DNA from: Burkholderiales bacterium
GTDB lineage: Bacteria > Pseudomonadota > Gammaproteobacteria > Burkholderiales > Burkholderiaceae_C
Direction of reading: 5' to 3'
Length of the DNA: 56,570 nucleotides
Assembly: GCA_022758925.1 (NCBI GenBank)
Contig: JAEMQF010000093.1
Coordinates: 1-56,570 of the forward strand
Shown: piece by piece, positions 34,587 to 50,386 of the stretch
Position numbering within the stretch: the stretch's first letter is position 1
Layout of the letters: each line of letters starts with the position of its first letter
The notes under the pieces: generated by a model
The model's input: only the letters and a program-made list of their open reading frames with translations
What the model was told of the DNA's origin: nothing
The model's database searches: none
Made by a program: the position numbers and the translations under genes

Positions 34587-36128
34587 TCACCCTTGCGCAG
34601 AAACGCGCTCCACCTTGCTCTCAAGCTTGTTCAAAGCGCTCAAGTAAGCCTTGGCCGAAGCGACGACGATGTCCGGATCCGCGCCGACTCCGTTGACCAC
34701 CCTCCCCCCCAACTGAAGGCGTATCGTTACTTCGCCCTGTGACTCGGTGCTGCCGGAAGTGATGGCATTGACGGAATAAAGCAACATCTCTGCGCCGCTG
34801 TGCAGCACCGATTCGATCGCCTTCACGCTGGCATCGACCGGGCCGTTGCCGTCACTCTCGGCCTCCCGCTGCGTGGCACCGGCCAAGAATGCCACCTTGG
34901 CGTGCGGTCGCTTGCCTGTTTCAGAAGCTTGCGACAGCGACAACAGTCGATAGTGCTCATGCTGGGAAGTGACGGACTCGTCCATCACCAAGGCGAGTAT
35001 GTCTTCGTCGAAGATGTCGCTCTTGCGATCTGCGAGTTCCTTGAATTTCGCAAACGTCGCGTTGACTTCGGCTTCCGAGTCCAGTTCGATGCCCAGTTCC
35101 TGCAAGCGCTGACGAAACGCATTTCGCCCCGACAGCTTGCCCAGCACGATCTTGTTCGTCGACCATCCCACGTCTTCGGCGCGCATGATCTCGTAGGTGT
35201 CGCGTGCCTTGAGCACACCATCCTGGTGTATCCCCGATGCGTGGGCAAAAGCATTCGCGCCGACGATCGCCTTGTTGGGTTGCACAACAAACCCGGTGGT
35301 CTGCGATACCAGGCGCGACGCCGGAACGATCTGCGTGGTGTCGATGCCGAGTTCCAGGCCGAAGTAGTCGCGGCGTGTGCGCAACGCCATCACGACCTCC
35401 TCGAGCGAACAATTTCCGGCACGCTCGCCCAGCCCATTGATCGTGCACTCGATCTGGCGTGCACCGCCGAGTTGAACACCCGCGAGCGAATTCGCCACCG
35501 CCATTCCAAGATCGTTGTGGCAATGCACCGACCACACGGCTTTGTCAGAGTTCGGAATCCGCTCGCGCAGCGACTTGATGAAGCCTCCGTACAGCTCGGG
35601 AATCGCGTACCCGACAGTGTCGGGAACATTGATCGTCGTCGCGCCTTCGTGAATCGCGGCTTCGATCACCCGACACAGGAAATCCGGATCCGAGCGGTAG
35701 CCGTCCTCCGGCGAAAACTCGACGTCGCCCGACAGCTTGCGCGCGAAGCGAACCGACAGCTTGGCCTGCTCATAGACTTGCTCGGGCGTCATGCGCAGCT
35801 TCTTTTCCATGTGCAGAGCACTGGTTGCGATGAACACGTGGATGCGCGTGGCAGCGCCACCGTGCAGGGCTTCGGCGGCGCGCGCGATGTCCCGATCGTT
35901 GGCGCGCGCCAGCGAACAGACAACGCTGTCTTTGATCGCGTGCGCAATTGCCTTGATGCATTCGAAGTCGCCGTTCGAAGAGGCGGCAAAGCCGGCTTCG
36001 ATCACGTCGACTTTCATGCGCTCGAGCTGGCGCGCGATACGCAGCTTTTCGTCCTTGGTCATCGAGGCACCCGGCGATTGCTCACCGTCGCGCAATGTCG
36101 TATCGAAAATAATCAGTTTGTCAGCCAT
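34587..36128 (-). CDS. leuA: 2-isopropylmalate synthase
   Basis: 513-aa ORF with the N-terminus [20 protein letters not shown], the HxH motif HCHNDLG and a C-terminal LeuA dimerisation/regulatory domain. Confidence 0.96.
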   Translation of the reverse strand: MADKLIIFDTTLRDGEQSPGASMTKDEKLRIARQLERMKVDVIEAGFAASSNGDFECIKAIAHAIKDSVVCSLARANDRDIARAAEALHGGAATRIHVFIATSALHMEKKLRMTPEQVYEQAKLSVRFARKLSGDVEFSPEDGYRSDPDFLCRVIEAAIHEGATTINVPDTVGYAIPELYGGFIKSLRERIPNSDKAVWSVHCHNDLGMAVANSLAGVQLGGARQIECTINGLGERAGNCSLEEVVMALRTRRDYFGLELGIDTTQIVPASRLVSQTTGFVVQPNKAIVGANAFAHASGIHQDGVLKARDTYEIMRAEDVGWSTNKIVLGKLSGRNAFRQRLQELGIELDSEAEVNATFAKFKELADRKSDIFDEDILALVMDESVTSQHEHYRLLSLSQASETGKRPHAKVAFLAGATQREAESDGNGPVDASVKAIESVLHSGAEMLLYSVNAITSGSTESQGEVTIRLQLGGRVVNGVGADPDIVVASAKAYLSALNKLESKVERVSAQG

Positions 36129-36138
36129 GTTGGGTCTC

Positions 36139-36177
36139 CAAAAGAAAAACGGCCCGTTGCGGTTTGCAAACGGGCCG
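36139..36177 (-). terminator. intrinsic terminator / possible attenuator immediately upstream of the leuA RBS
   Basis: The minus strand reads acggcccgtttgc-aaacc-gcaacgggccgt followed by TTTTTCTTTT, then GGAG and the leuA ATG within 20 nt. Confidence 0.7.
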
Positions 36178-36290
36178 TAGCGACAGAACGAGCACAGTCG
36201 ATCAACGAGCCCCTTGTACTCCTAGAAGCAAGACGTCGATCGGGTGCCGGTCAACCATGGCGGCGAATATAGCATGGCATGCGGATGCTT

Positions 36291-37118
36291 TCACCGGTGC
36301 AGCCCTTCTTCATCGGGCTCGTCGGTCGAAGTGGCAATCACGCTCACCGGACGACCCTTCAAACGCTTCCAGACATACACCGCATAGCCAGAGGCGCCGT
36401 ACACCATGAACAGGCCGAACAATGCGCCAGGCAGGTGGATGTTGATGATCGCGATGCCGAGGGCGATCGCGACGATCACAATGAACGGCACCGAACGCTT
36501 CAAGGTCACATCCTTGAAACTGTAGAACGGAACGTTCGTCACCATCGTCAGGCCGGCATACAGCGTGATTCCGAAAGCGAGCCAGGCGAGCCACGAGCCC
36601 TGCAGCCCCCCCTTGAAGCCCGATGTTTCCATGAGCCAGATGAAACCGACCACGACCGCCGCCGCGGCCGGGCTCGGCAGGCCCTGGAAGAACCGGCGGT
36701 CCACCACGCCAAGATTGGTGTTGAATCGCGCCAATCGCAACGCGGCACAAGAGCAATAGACAAAGGCGGCGATCCAGCCCAGCTTGCCCAGGCCCTTGAG
36801 TTCCCACTCGTAAACGATCAAAGCCGGCGCGGCGCCGAACGAAACCATGTCGGACAGGCTGTCCATCTGTTCGCCGAACGCGCTCTGGGTGTTGGTCATC
36901 CGGGCGACGCGGCCATCCAGGCTGTCCAGCACCATCGCCGAGAAAATCCCGTAGGCGGCCTGCTCGAACTGACCGTTCATTGCCATCACGATGGCGTAAA
37001 AGCCGCCGAACAGTGCTGCCAGGGTGAACAGGTTGGGCAGAACGTAGATCCCCTTGCGGCGTGGGCGCGGACCCAGGTCTGCCAATTCGCTCGGACGGGT
37101 TTCGAGTGGGTCAGTCAT
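36291..37118 (-). CDS. pssA: CDP-diacylglycerol--serine O-phosphatidyltransferase
   Basis: 275-aa membrane ORF with the CDP-alcohol phosphotransferase motif DSLDGRVAR...GEQMDSLSD. Confidence 0.92.
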   Translation of the reverse strand: MTDPLETRPSELADLGPRPRRKGIYVLPNLFTLAALFGGFYAIVMAMNGQFEQAAYGIFSAMVLDSLDGRVARMTNTQSAFGEQMDSLSDMVSFGAAPALIVYEWELKGLGKLGWIAAFVYCSCAALRLARFNTNLGVVDRRFFQGLPSPAAAAVVVGFIWLMETSGFKGGLQGSWLAWLAFGITLYAGLTMVTNVPFYSFKDVTLKRSVPFIVIVAIALGIAIINIHLPGALFGLFMVYGASGYAVYVWKRLKGRPVSVIATSTDEPDEEGLHR

Positions 37119-37152
37119 CGCCTTGGGACCTCAACGCAGTTCCACGCGCATT

Positions 37153-38707
<1,555 letters not shown>

Positions 38708-38870
38708 GGTTTCGGTTCGGCGCGATCTTCAGTCCCATGGCGGTAACCCGTGGACCTTGGCGACACCGAGTCGCTGACTGATTCTGATTCATGGCCGAAG
38801 CTGGCGCCCGGTTCGCGCGGCTTGCCGTCCCGGTGCGGTAACACCGGCCGATGCATCCGCACTCGCCGCA

Positions 38871-40643
38871 CTACAGGTCTTCGGAGCCCAGCAGCATCTC
38901 CGTGATGCCTTTGCCTGCCTTGACCATCGGCCAGACGTTTTCGGTCGGGTCGGTACGTATATCGAGAAACACGGTGCGGTCTTTCAGCCGAATCGCTTCG
39001 CGCAACGCAGGCTCCACGTCGCTCGGCCGATCCACCAGCAGACCGACGTGGCCGTAGGCCTCGGCCAGCTTCACGAAATCGGGCAACGCATCCATGTAGC
39101 TGTGCGAATAACGCCCCCCATAGTCGATCTGTTGCCACTGCCGCACCATGCCGAGGTATCGGTTGTTCAGCGAAACGATCTTCACCGGCGTCTTGTATTG
39201 CAGGCAGGTCGACAGTTCCTGAATGCACATTTGAATCGAACCTTCGCCTGTCACGCAAAACACGTCGGCCTGAGGTTTCGCCAGCTTGATGCCCATCGCA
39301 TAGGGCAAGCCCACGCCCATCGTTCCCAGCCCGCCTGAATTGATCCAGCGCCGGGGCTCTTCGAAGCGGTAGTACTGCGCCGCCCACATCTGGTGCTGGC
39401 CGACGTCGGAGGTGATGTAGCAATCACTTCCCTTGGTCAGCTCCCACAATCTTTCGACGACGAACTGCGGTTTGATGACCTCTTCGCTGTTCTTGTAGCT
39501 CAGGCAATCCTGCTTGCGCCACTGATTGATCTGCCCCCACCAGACCGAAAGGGCCGCGGCGTCGGGCTTGGTGGCGCTTTCCTTCACTTGCGCGACCAGG
39601 TCTTGCAGCACATCCTTGACGTCGCCGACGATCGGAATATCGACACGCACGCGTTTCGAGATCGAGGAGGGGTCGATGTCGATATGGATGATCTTGCGTT
39701 CGACGCTGGCAAAGTGCTTCGGATTGCCGATGACACGGTCGTCGAACCGGGCACCCACGGCGATCAGGACGTCGCAGTTTTGCATCGTCATGTTGGCTTC
39801 ATATGTGCCATGCATGCCAAGCATTCCGAGGAACTTGGGGTCGCTGGACGGATACGCACCCAGGCCCATCAAGGTGTTCGTGCAGGGGTACCCGAGCAGG
39901 TCGACCAACTGGCGCAACTCCGCGCTGGCATTGCCGAGGATCACCCCGCCACCGCTATACACGTAAGGCCGTTTGGCGGCCAACAGCAACTGCACCGCCT
40001 TGCGGATCTGACCGCCATGGCCTTTGCGCACCGGGTTGTAGGAACGCATCTCGAGCGTTGCTGGATAGCTGAACGGCGCGGTATCCAGGGAGATATCCTT
40101 CGGAATGTCCACCACCACTGGCCCGGGCCGGCCGCTGCGAGCGATGTGGAACGCCTTCTTCATGGTCAGCGCGAGCGCACGAACGTCCTTCACCAGGAAG
40201 TTGTGTTTGACGATGGGCCGCGTAATGCCGACGGTGTCACATTCCTGGAAGGCGTCAAGCCCGATCGCGGGCGTGGGCACCTGACCGGTGATGATGACCA
40301 TCGGAATCGAATCCATGTACGCCGTGGCAATGCCGGTCACCGCATTCGTCACCCCCGGCCCGGAGGTGACGAGCGCAACACCGACCTCGCCGGTGGCCCG
40401 TGCATAACCGTCCGCTGCATGCACTGCGGCCTGTTCGTGGCGCACCAATACATGCTCGATGGTGCCCTGTTTGTACAAGGCGTCGTAAATGTAAAGAACG
40501 GCACCGCCGGGATAGCCCCAAAGGTACTTGACGCCCTCCGCCTGAAGGCAGCGCACGAGGATCTCCGAGCCGTTGGGGTCTTGGGTGGGGGGATTGGGCT
40601 GAGCTTGAGCGGCTCGCCGCAGTTCCGCAGCAGACATATCCAT
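38871..40643 (-). CDS. ilvI: acetolactate synthase large (catalytic) subunit
   Basis: 590-aa ORF for a ThDP/FAD enzyme, with the ThDP motif GGLGTMGVGLPYAMG...NNRYLGMV. Confidence 0.96.
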   Translation of the reverse strand: MDMSAAELRRAAQAQPNPPTQDPNGSEILVRCLQAEGVKYLWGYPGGAVLYIYDALYKQGTIEHVLVRHEQAAVHAADGYARATGEVGVALVTSGPGVTNAVTGIATAYMDSIPMVIITGQVPTPAIGLDAFQECDTVGITRPIVKHNFLVKDVRALALTMKKAFHIARSGRPGPVVVDIPKDISLDTAPFSYPATLEMRSYNPVRKGHGGQIRKAVQLLLAAKRPYVYSGGGVILGNASAELRQLVDLLGYPCTNTLMGLGAYPSSDPKFLGMLGMHGTYEANMTMQNCDVLIAVGARFDDRVIGNPKHFASVERKIIHIDIDPSSISKRVRVDIPIVGDVKDVLQDLVAQVKESATKPDAAALSVWWGQINQWRKQDCLSYKNSEEVIKPQFVVERLWELTKGSDCYITSDVGQHQMWAAQYYRFEEPRRWINSGGLGTMGVGLPYAMGIKLAKPQADVFCVTGEGSIQMCIQELSTCLQYKTPVKIVSLNNRYLGMVRQWQQIDYGGRYSHSYMDALPDFVKLAEAYGHVGLLVDRPSDVEPALREAIRLKDRTVFLDIRTDPTENVWPMVKAGKGITEMLLGSEDL

Positions 40644-40896
40644 CTTGAACCTTTGCGATTTTCTCTAACGAAAAACCATCGGTGCACCTCTCCCGGCCCT
40701 CGTGAGGCGGGTGTGGTGCCTGCATGCCCGACCGGGCTTGCTCCCCTGGTTTGGAGGAGCCGCGTCGAGCGTTGAATTATGCGAAGCAGCATTATGTCAT
40801 CGCTTTTTCCGCGGCCGCGGCGCAACCGGCGAGCAGCCCAGGCCCGGTGAGATAATCGCGCCCGGTTTCAGGGCCGAGGCCCGAGGCGCGCCGCCC

Positions 40897-41466
40897 TTGG
40901 CATCCGACAGAGAACTTTCCGACTTCCTCAAGAGCGTCGAGAAGCGTGCCTTCAAGCGCGCGGTTTACGCCGTTCGCGACGACGACGCGGCGCTTGACAT
41001 CGTGCAAGACACGATGATCCGCCTGGCAGAAAACTACGCCGATCGGCCGGCGGCAGAGTTGCCGCTGCTGTTTCAGCGCATCCTGTCCAACGCCACGATG
41101 GACTGGTTTCGGCGCCAAAAAGTGCGCAGCGCAGTCTTTCGAAACTTCTCCGAATTCGAAAATGCCGGCAGCGATGGGGAAGACTTCGATATCCTCGAAG
41201 TCCTTGAATCGCTTGATGGGCGCGCCGAGTCGGAAAGCGCCGCCGAGACATTGTCACGGGCACAAATCCTGCAAGCGATCGACGCCGAGGTGGCCGAATT
41301 GCCGCAGCGTCAACGTGAAGCGTTCTTGCTGCGTTACTGGGAGGAACTCGACATCGCCGAGACGGCAGTTGCCATGGGGTGCTCGCAGGGCAGTGTGAAA
41401 ACGCACAGTTCACGGGCGGTACATGCACTGGCCAAAGCCCTCAAGGCGAAGGGAATCTCACTGTGA
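40897..41466 (+). CDS. ECF-type RNA polymerase sigma-70 family factor
   Basis: The track ORF begins at 40702, but the first 65 codons look non-protein-like. An in-frame TTG at 40897, with GAGG 10 nt upstream, gives a 189-aa protein. Region 2 reads DIVQDTMIRLAENY and region 4 reads QREAFLLRYWEELDIAETAVAMGCSQGSVKTHSSRA. The start codon remains uncertain. Confidence 0.8.
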   Translation: MASDRELSDFLKSVEKRAFKRAVYAVRDDDAALDIVQDTMIRLAENYADRPAAELPLLFQRILSNATMDWFRRQKVRSAVFRNFSEFENAGSDGEDFDILEVLESLDGRAESESAAETLSRAQILQAIDAEVAELPQRQREAFLLRYWEELDIAETAVAMGCSQGSVKTHSSRAVHALAKALKAKGISL

Positions 41467-41906
41467 ATCGCATCAACTCAACCGAAATGTTCTCCGCACT
41501 CGCGTCGGCGCAGGCCCGGTTTGCCGAACGTGCATTGGCCCGTCTGAACGAAAGCGCGCAAGCGCTCTCCCCGGAAATTGCCGAGCGCCTGAGGTTTTCG
41601 CGCGAATCAGCCTTGCAGCGTGCACGTACCGTTCGCGCGGCCAAGGCCGCCGTTCCAAGCATGGGCGCGACGAGTTCCGGCGCTTTGATGCTGAGTGGTT
41701 GGCTGCCCGACTGGGGCGTCAAGGTCGCGTCGATATTGCCTTTGCTCGCATTGGTCGCGGGCCTGGCACTCATCCAGCATGCGCAGACCGAGGCGCAAAT
41801 TTCGATTGCTGCGGAAATCGACGCGGACCTGCTCACCGACGACCTGCCACCCAGAGCCTACAGTGACGCGGGCTTTGTGGAATATCTCAAACTGCCGAAA
41901 GATTGA
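41463..41906 (+). CDS. DUF3619-family membrane protein (candidate anti-sigma or co-factor)
   Basis: A GTG overlaps the sigma-factor stop (GTGA). The protein is about 147 aa with one TM segment, VKVASILPLLALVAGLALIQHA. It has no Cys residues, so it is not a ZAS-type anti-sigma. An alternative ATG lies at 41487. Confidence 0.7.
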   Translation: MNRINSTEMFSALASAQARFAERALARLNESAQALSPEIAERLRFSRESALQRARTVRAAKAAVPSMGATSSGALMLSGWLPDWGVKVASILPLLALVAGLALIQHAQTEAQISIAAEIDADLLTDDLPPRAYSDAGFVEYLKLPKD

Positions 41907-41915
41907 GGGTTTGAC

Positions 41916-42752
41916 GTGTTGGCCGGGAAGATGCGCTTCGATCAAAATCCAATCAGGCTCGCGTTATGCAGCGTCGCGAGTGGTGTGGTCTTGCTCGCTT
42001 TGAGTGAATTTCCCTCACCCGCGCAGGCCCAGGCCCAGGCTGTTGCACCCGCCCGCGCCGCAGCCAAGCCTGCGGCCGAAGCCAAACCGCGCTGGCAGCA
42101 GTTGAGCACTACGCAACACGATGTCCTGAGACCGCTTGAGCGCGAATGGCCAGCCATCGATGGCGAGCGCAAACAAAAGTGGCTGGCAATTGCTGCGAAG
42201 TACCCTGCGATGTCGCCCCAGGAACAGGCGCGAGTTCAGGAGCGAATGGCTGACTGGTCCAGACTGAGCCCGAAGGAACGCGGCGTCGCTCGCCAGCAGT
42301 TTCAAGCCGCGAAACGCGTCGCGCCAGAAGACCGCCCTGCCCAGTGGGAGGCCTATCTGGCGTTACCGCCCGAGAAAAAGCGCGAGCTTGCCGATCGAGC
42401 CATGGCCCCAATCGCCAGCCCGAACGCACGCGACAGTCAAGCCCGTTCCTCCGCGCTGGAGCGGCTGAGCGTCATGCCCGTGGCCGCGCGAAGCAAGTCC
42501 AATATCGTGCCCAACCCCGCCTATTCGGCACCGCCCACGCCCATCACGTCCACGGCAATGCAGGCACAACCCGGCGCGACGACAACGAGCATCGCGAAGA
42601 GGGCGATACCGCCGCCGCATCAGCAACCGGGCCTGCCCAAAATCGCCGCGAGTCCGGGCTTCGTCGACAAGACGACACTCCTGCCCAAACGCGGCCCACA
42701 AGGCGCGGCGGTGCGTTCGAGCGCCGCTTCGGAACCCACCCGCAATCCGTGA
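41916..42752 (+). CDS. DUF3106 domain-containing periplasmic protein
   Basis: GTG start with GAGGG 6 nt upstream. It has a signal-like N-terminus (LALCSVASGVVLLALS...AQAQAQA), repeated helical W-x-L-SP-x-E-Q/R units and an Ala/Pro/Ser-rich tail. Confidence 0.75.
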   Translation: MLAGKMRFDQNPIRLALCSVASGVVLLALSEFPSPAQAQAQAVAPARAAAKPAAEAKPRWQQLSTTQHDVLRPLEREWPAIDGERKQKWLAIAAKYPAMSPQEQARVQERMADWSRLSPKERGVARQQFQAAKRVAPEDRPAQWEAYLALPPEKKRELADRAMAPIASPNARDSQARSSALERLSVMPVAARSKSNIVPNPAYSAPPTPITSTAMQAQPGATTTSIAKRAIPPPHQQPGLPKIAASPGFVDKTTLLPKRGPQGAAVRSSAASEPTRNP

Positions 42753-43276
42753 GTCACCCGGCCTCGCCAGTAGACCCGGCGAGCACACGCACGCCGAGCC
42801 TGCCGCGCCGCTTGGCTTGTTTTGTCTACGAAGGCATCTTGCTGTTCGCGGTGCTGATGCTCGCGGCCTACTTGTTCTCGAGCCTGGCACAGCAGCGCCA
42901 TGCGTTGGCAAACCGCAGTCTGCTCCAGGTCTACCTCTTTCTCGTCCTGGGCATTTACTTCGTGTGGTTCTGGACTCATGGAGGCCAGACCCTCGCCATG
43001 AAGACCTGGCGCATTCGCCTGGTGGGTCGCGGCGGCGGGGCCATTTCCCAGGCCCGCGCCCTGGCGCGATATTGTTTGTCCTGGCTCTGGTTCATGCCGG
43101 CCCTGGGCGTCACCTGGGCGATTCGGTCGCAACAGGTTTGGCTGCCGTTCGTCTGCCTTGCACTCGGCGTGCTGGGCTATGCGGCCTTGTCATTGTTCCA
43201 CCCGGATCGGCAGTTCCCGCACGACGCACTGTGCAAGACCCGCCTCGTTTCGGTCGAGCCGGCAGCGGCAAACTGA
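42749..43276 (+). CDS. RDD-family membrane protein
   Basis: A GTG overlaps the DUF3106 stop (GTGA). The protein is about 175 aa with three predicted TM segments and is RDD-like (FVYEGILLFAVLMLAAYLF...). The start codon is inferred. Confidence 0.7.
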   Translation: MSHPASPVDPASTRTPSLPRRLACFVYEGILLFAVLMLAAYLFSSLAQQRHALANRSLLQVYLFLVLGIYFVWFWTHGGQTLAMKTWRIRLVGRGGGAISQARALARYCLSWLWFMPALGVTWAIRSQQVWLPFVCLALGVLGYAALSLFHPDRQFPHDALCKTRLVSVEPAAAN

Positions 43277-43315
43277 ACCCCTGCGCCGCAGTCTGCCCCC
43301 AAGGCACAATCCCGA

Positions 43316-43699
43316 ATGATGAGCAACCCGCACAAGGGAAGGACCGGCGTCTCCAGAATCGTGCACGCCGCGCGCTATTCGACCGAAGGGCTCACCAATG
43401 CCTATCGCAGCGAAAGCGCGTTTCGGCAGGAGTTCTGGCTCGCGACCGTGTTGCTGCCGGCGTCGTTCTGGTTGGGGCGTGGCTGGGTTGAAGTTTCGCT
43501 CCTGCTCGGTTCGGTGGTCCTCGTGCTGATCGTCGAGCTGCTCAATTCCGCCGTCGAAGCCACTGTCGACCGCATCTCACTCGAGCTTCACGATCTGTCC
43601 AAGCGCGCCAAGGACTACGGCAGTGCCGCCGTCATGCTCGCGCTCGTGTTGTGCGCTGGGATCTGGCTGGTTGCGATCTGGAATCGACTCAATGCTTGA
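43316..43699 (+). CDS. dgkA: diacylglycerol kinase
   Basis: 127-aa ORF for a three-TM DgkA-type protein (AFRQEFWLA...ELLNSAVEATVDRIS). Confidence 0.92.
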   Translation: MMSNPHKGRTGVSRIVHAARYSTEGLTNAYRSESAFRQEFWLATVLLPASFWLGRGWVEVSLLLGSVVLVLIVELLNSAVEATVDRISLELHDLSKRAKDYGSAAVMLALVLCAGIWLVAIWNRLNA

Positions 43700-44294
43700 C
43701 ACGCACGCCATGTCTGGCCCCAAGATTTGCGTGTACTGCGGGTCGCGGCCGGGCAGCTTGCCTGCATTCGCGCAGGCCGCGCGCATCGTCGGCGCTGAAA
43801 TCGGGCGCCGCGGCTGGGGCATGGTTTACGGGGGTGGGCGGGCCGGTCTGATGGGCGTGGTGGCAGACGCCGCGATCGCGGCCGGCGCCAAAGTTGTGGG
43901 CGTGATTCCACAAAGCCTGATGCAGCGTGAACTTGGGCATCGTGGTTTGGCCGAACTGCACGTGGTGCAGACCATGCACGAACGCAAACTGATGATGGCG
44001 CAGCGCAGCGATGCATTTATCGCGCTGCCGGGTGGTATCGGCACTTTCGAAGAGTTGTTCGAAGTCTGGTCCTGGCGCCAACTTGGCTATCACGACAAGC
44101 CGCTCGGCCTGCTCAACGCCGCCGGCTACTACGACGCCTTCGCGACCATGATGCACCGCGCCGAAGAGTGCGGCTTCGTCACGCCGACGCAGCGCGGGCT
44201 GCTCAATGTCGACACCGATGCGCAACGTCTGCTCGACACACTGGCCGCGGCCATGCCGATAGCCACCGCACCCGACGACTACCGCCGCATATGA
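43692..44294 (+). CDS. LOG-family protein (TIGR00730; cytokinin riboside 5'-monophosphate phosphoribohydrolase-like)
   Basis: It contains KICVYCGSRPG and the PGGIGTFEE motif. The start is either the ATG at 43692, which overlaps the dgkA end, or the ATG at 43710. Confidence 0.88.
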   Translation: MLDTHAMSGPKICVYCGSRPGSLPAFAQAARIVGAEIGRRGWGMVYGGGRAGLMGVVADAAIAAGAKVVGVIPQSLMQRELGHRGLAELHVVQTMHERKLMMAQRSDAFIALPGGIGTFEELFEVWSWRQLGYHDKPLGLLNAAGYYDAFATMMHRAEECGFVTPTQRGLLNVDTDAQRLLDTLAAAMPIATAPDDYRRI

Positions 44295-44306
44295 CGGCGG
44301 ACACGA

Positions 44307-46351
<2,045 letters not shown>

Positions 46352-47536
46352 ATGACGCAGGCCACGCAAGGCGCAGATGATCCAAATCATTATGTCATTC
46401 GGACCTGTTCCGATGTCGAAGACATCGACCTCGCGCAGTGGAATGCCTTGCTCGAAATGCAGCCCGCGGCGACCCCATTCATGCGGCTCGAATACCTGCG
46501 CGCGCTGCACGCGAGTGAGAGCGCCTGCGCCGACACCGGCTGGCGCGCCCAGTTCCTGACCCTGATGCAGCGCGGGCGAATCGTCGCCGCCTGTGCGCTG
46601 TACTTGAAAGACCATTCCTACGGCGAGTACGTGTTCGACTGGGCCTGGGCCGATGCCTACCAGCGCCATGGTCTCGAGTACTACCCGAAACTGCTTTGCG
46701 CGGTGCCGTTCACGCCGGTTCCGGGAGCGCGTTTGTTGGCGCGCGACAGCCAGGCCCGTGCCGCGTTGTTGCGCGCTGTTGAAGCCATGGCGCGCAGTGC
46801 GCGACGCTCGTCCGCGCACCTCTTGTTTCTCGACAGCGTCGACCAACTCGCCGCGCGCGAGGCAGGCTGGATGCTGCGCGCCGGGGTGCAGTTTCATTGG
46901 AACAATCGCGCACCCACGCCGTACGCCGACTTCGAGGATTTCCTGGTCAGTCTGCAGCGCGACAAGCGCAAGAAGATTCAACAAGAACGGCGCCGCGTGC
47001 GCGACGCCGGTGTCACGTTCAGCGTCCTGGAAGGCCCGAATATCTCAACCCCGGACTGGGACTTCTTCTACCGCTGCTACACCAAGACGTACCGTGAGCA
47101 CCGCTCCACTGCCTACCTGACTCGGGACTTCTTCGCACGCATGGCCCACGGGATGGCCGAGCACTGGCTCTTGTGCCTTGCATCGCGCGGCGGCGAACGA
47201 ATCGCCGCATCGTTGATCGCACTTGATCCGCGCCAGCGCATCGCCTACGGCCGCTATTGGGGCGCGTTGCAGGCCGTCGATTGCCTGCACTTTGAAGCGT
47301 GTTACTACCAGCCCCTGGCCTGGTGCATTGCCAAAGGCTACCGGCGTTTCGAGGGTGGCGCGCAAGGAGAGCACAAGATGGCGCGCGGTCTGTTGCCGGT
47401 GCCGACCTGGTCGGCACATTGGCTGGCGCATCCTCAGTTCGCCTCGGCGGTGGCCGACTTCCTGGCGCGTGAGGGTGAAGGCGTGGCGAACTACCTCGAC
47501 GAACTCGGCGCGCGCCAGCCGTTCAAGCGCACCTAG
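46352..47536 (+). CDS. DUF482 / FemAB-like GNAT-fold acyltransferase family protein
   Basis: 394-aa ORF. The sequence (IDLAQWNALL...PFMRLEYLRALHASES...YGEYVFDWAWADAY...FEACYYQ) is typical of PF04339-type proteins. Its ATG directly abuts the nadE start. Confidence 0.75.
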   Translation: MTQATQGADDPNHYVIRTCSDVEDIDLAQWNALLEMQPAATPFMRLEYLRALHASESACADTGWRAQFLTLMQRGRIVAACALYLKDHSYGEYVFDWAWADAYQRHGLEYYPKLLCAVPFTPVPGARLLARDSQARAALLRAVEAMARSARRSSAHLLFLDSVDQLAAREAGWMLRAGVQFHWNNRAPTPYADFEDFLVSLQRDKRKKIQQERRRVRDAGVTFSVLEGPNISTPDWDFFYRCYTKTYREHRSTAYLTRDFFARMAHGMAEHWLLCLASRGGERIAASLIALDPRQRIAYGRYWGALQAVDCLHFEACYYQPLAWCIAKGYRRFEGGAQGEHKMARGLLPVPTWSAHWLAHPQFASAVADFLAREGEGVANYLDELGARQPFKRT

Positions 47537-47668
47537 GCGCCTGTCGGGCTTGGGGTCGGCGAGTAGTTGCACCGCGCATCCGTGGTGCCGGCAAAACGCC
47601 GCCCAGTGCCCGACGCGCGGGACGGCCCCCGCTGCAGGCATGACGCTTCAGGCTGCGTCGCCGGCGCC

Positions 47669-50386
<2,718 letters not shown>

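Noticed and set aside
36178-36290. Classical leucine leader-peptide attenuator upstream of leuA
   Set aside because: The only small ORFs in the leader (9 and 17 codons) lack consecutive Leu codons, so the E. coli leuL-type mechanism is not supported. The terminator itself is real.
40702-40896. 65-codon N-terminal extension of the ECF sigma ORF
   Set aside because: The sequence (MRRVWCLHARPGLLPWFGG...) is not sigma-like. ECF sigmas are about 170-200 aa. The extension would occupy the divergent ilvI/sigma control region. The start remains uncertain because the preferred codon is TTG.
46352-46984. 211-codon upstream extension of the nadE ORF
   Set aside because: It fully overlaps the DUF482 gene on the other strand and shows no NadE homology. 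The conserved NadE N-terminus (KVALAQIN) begins at 46351.
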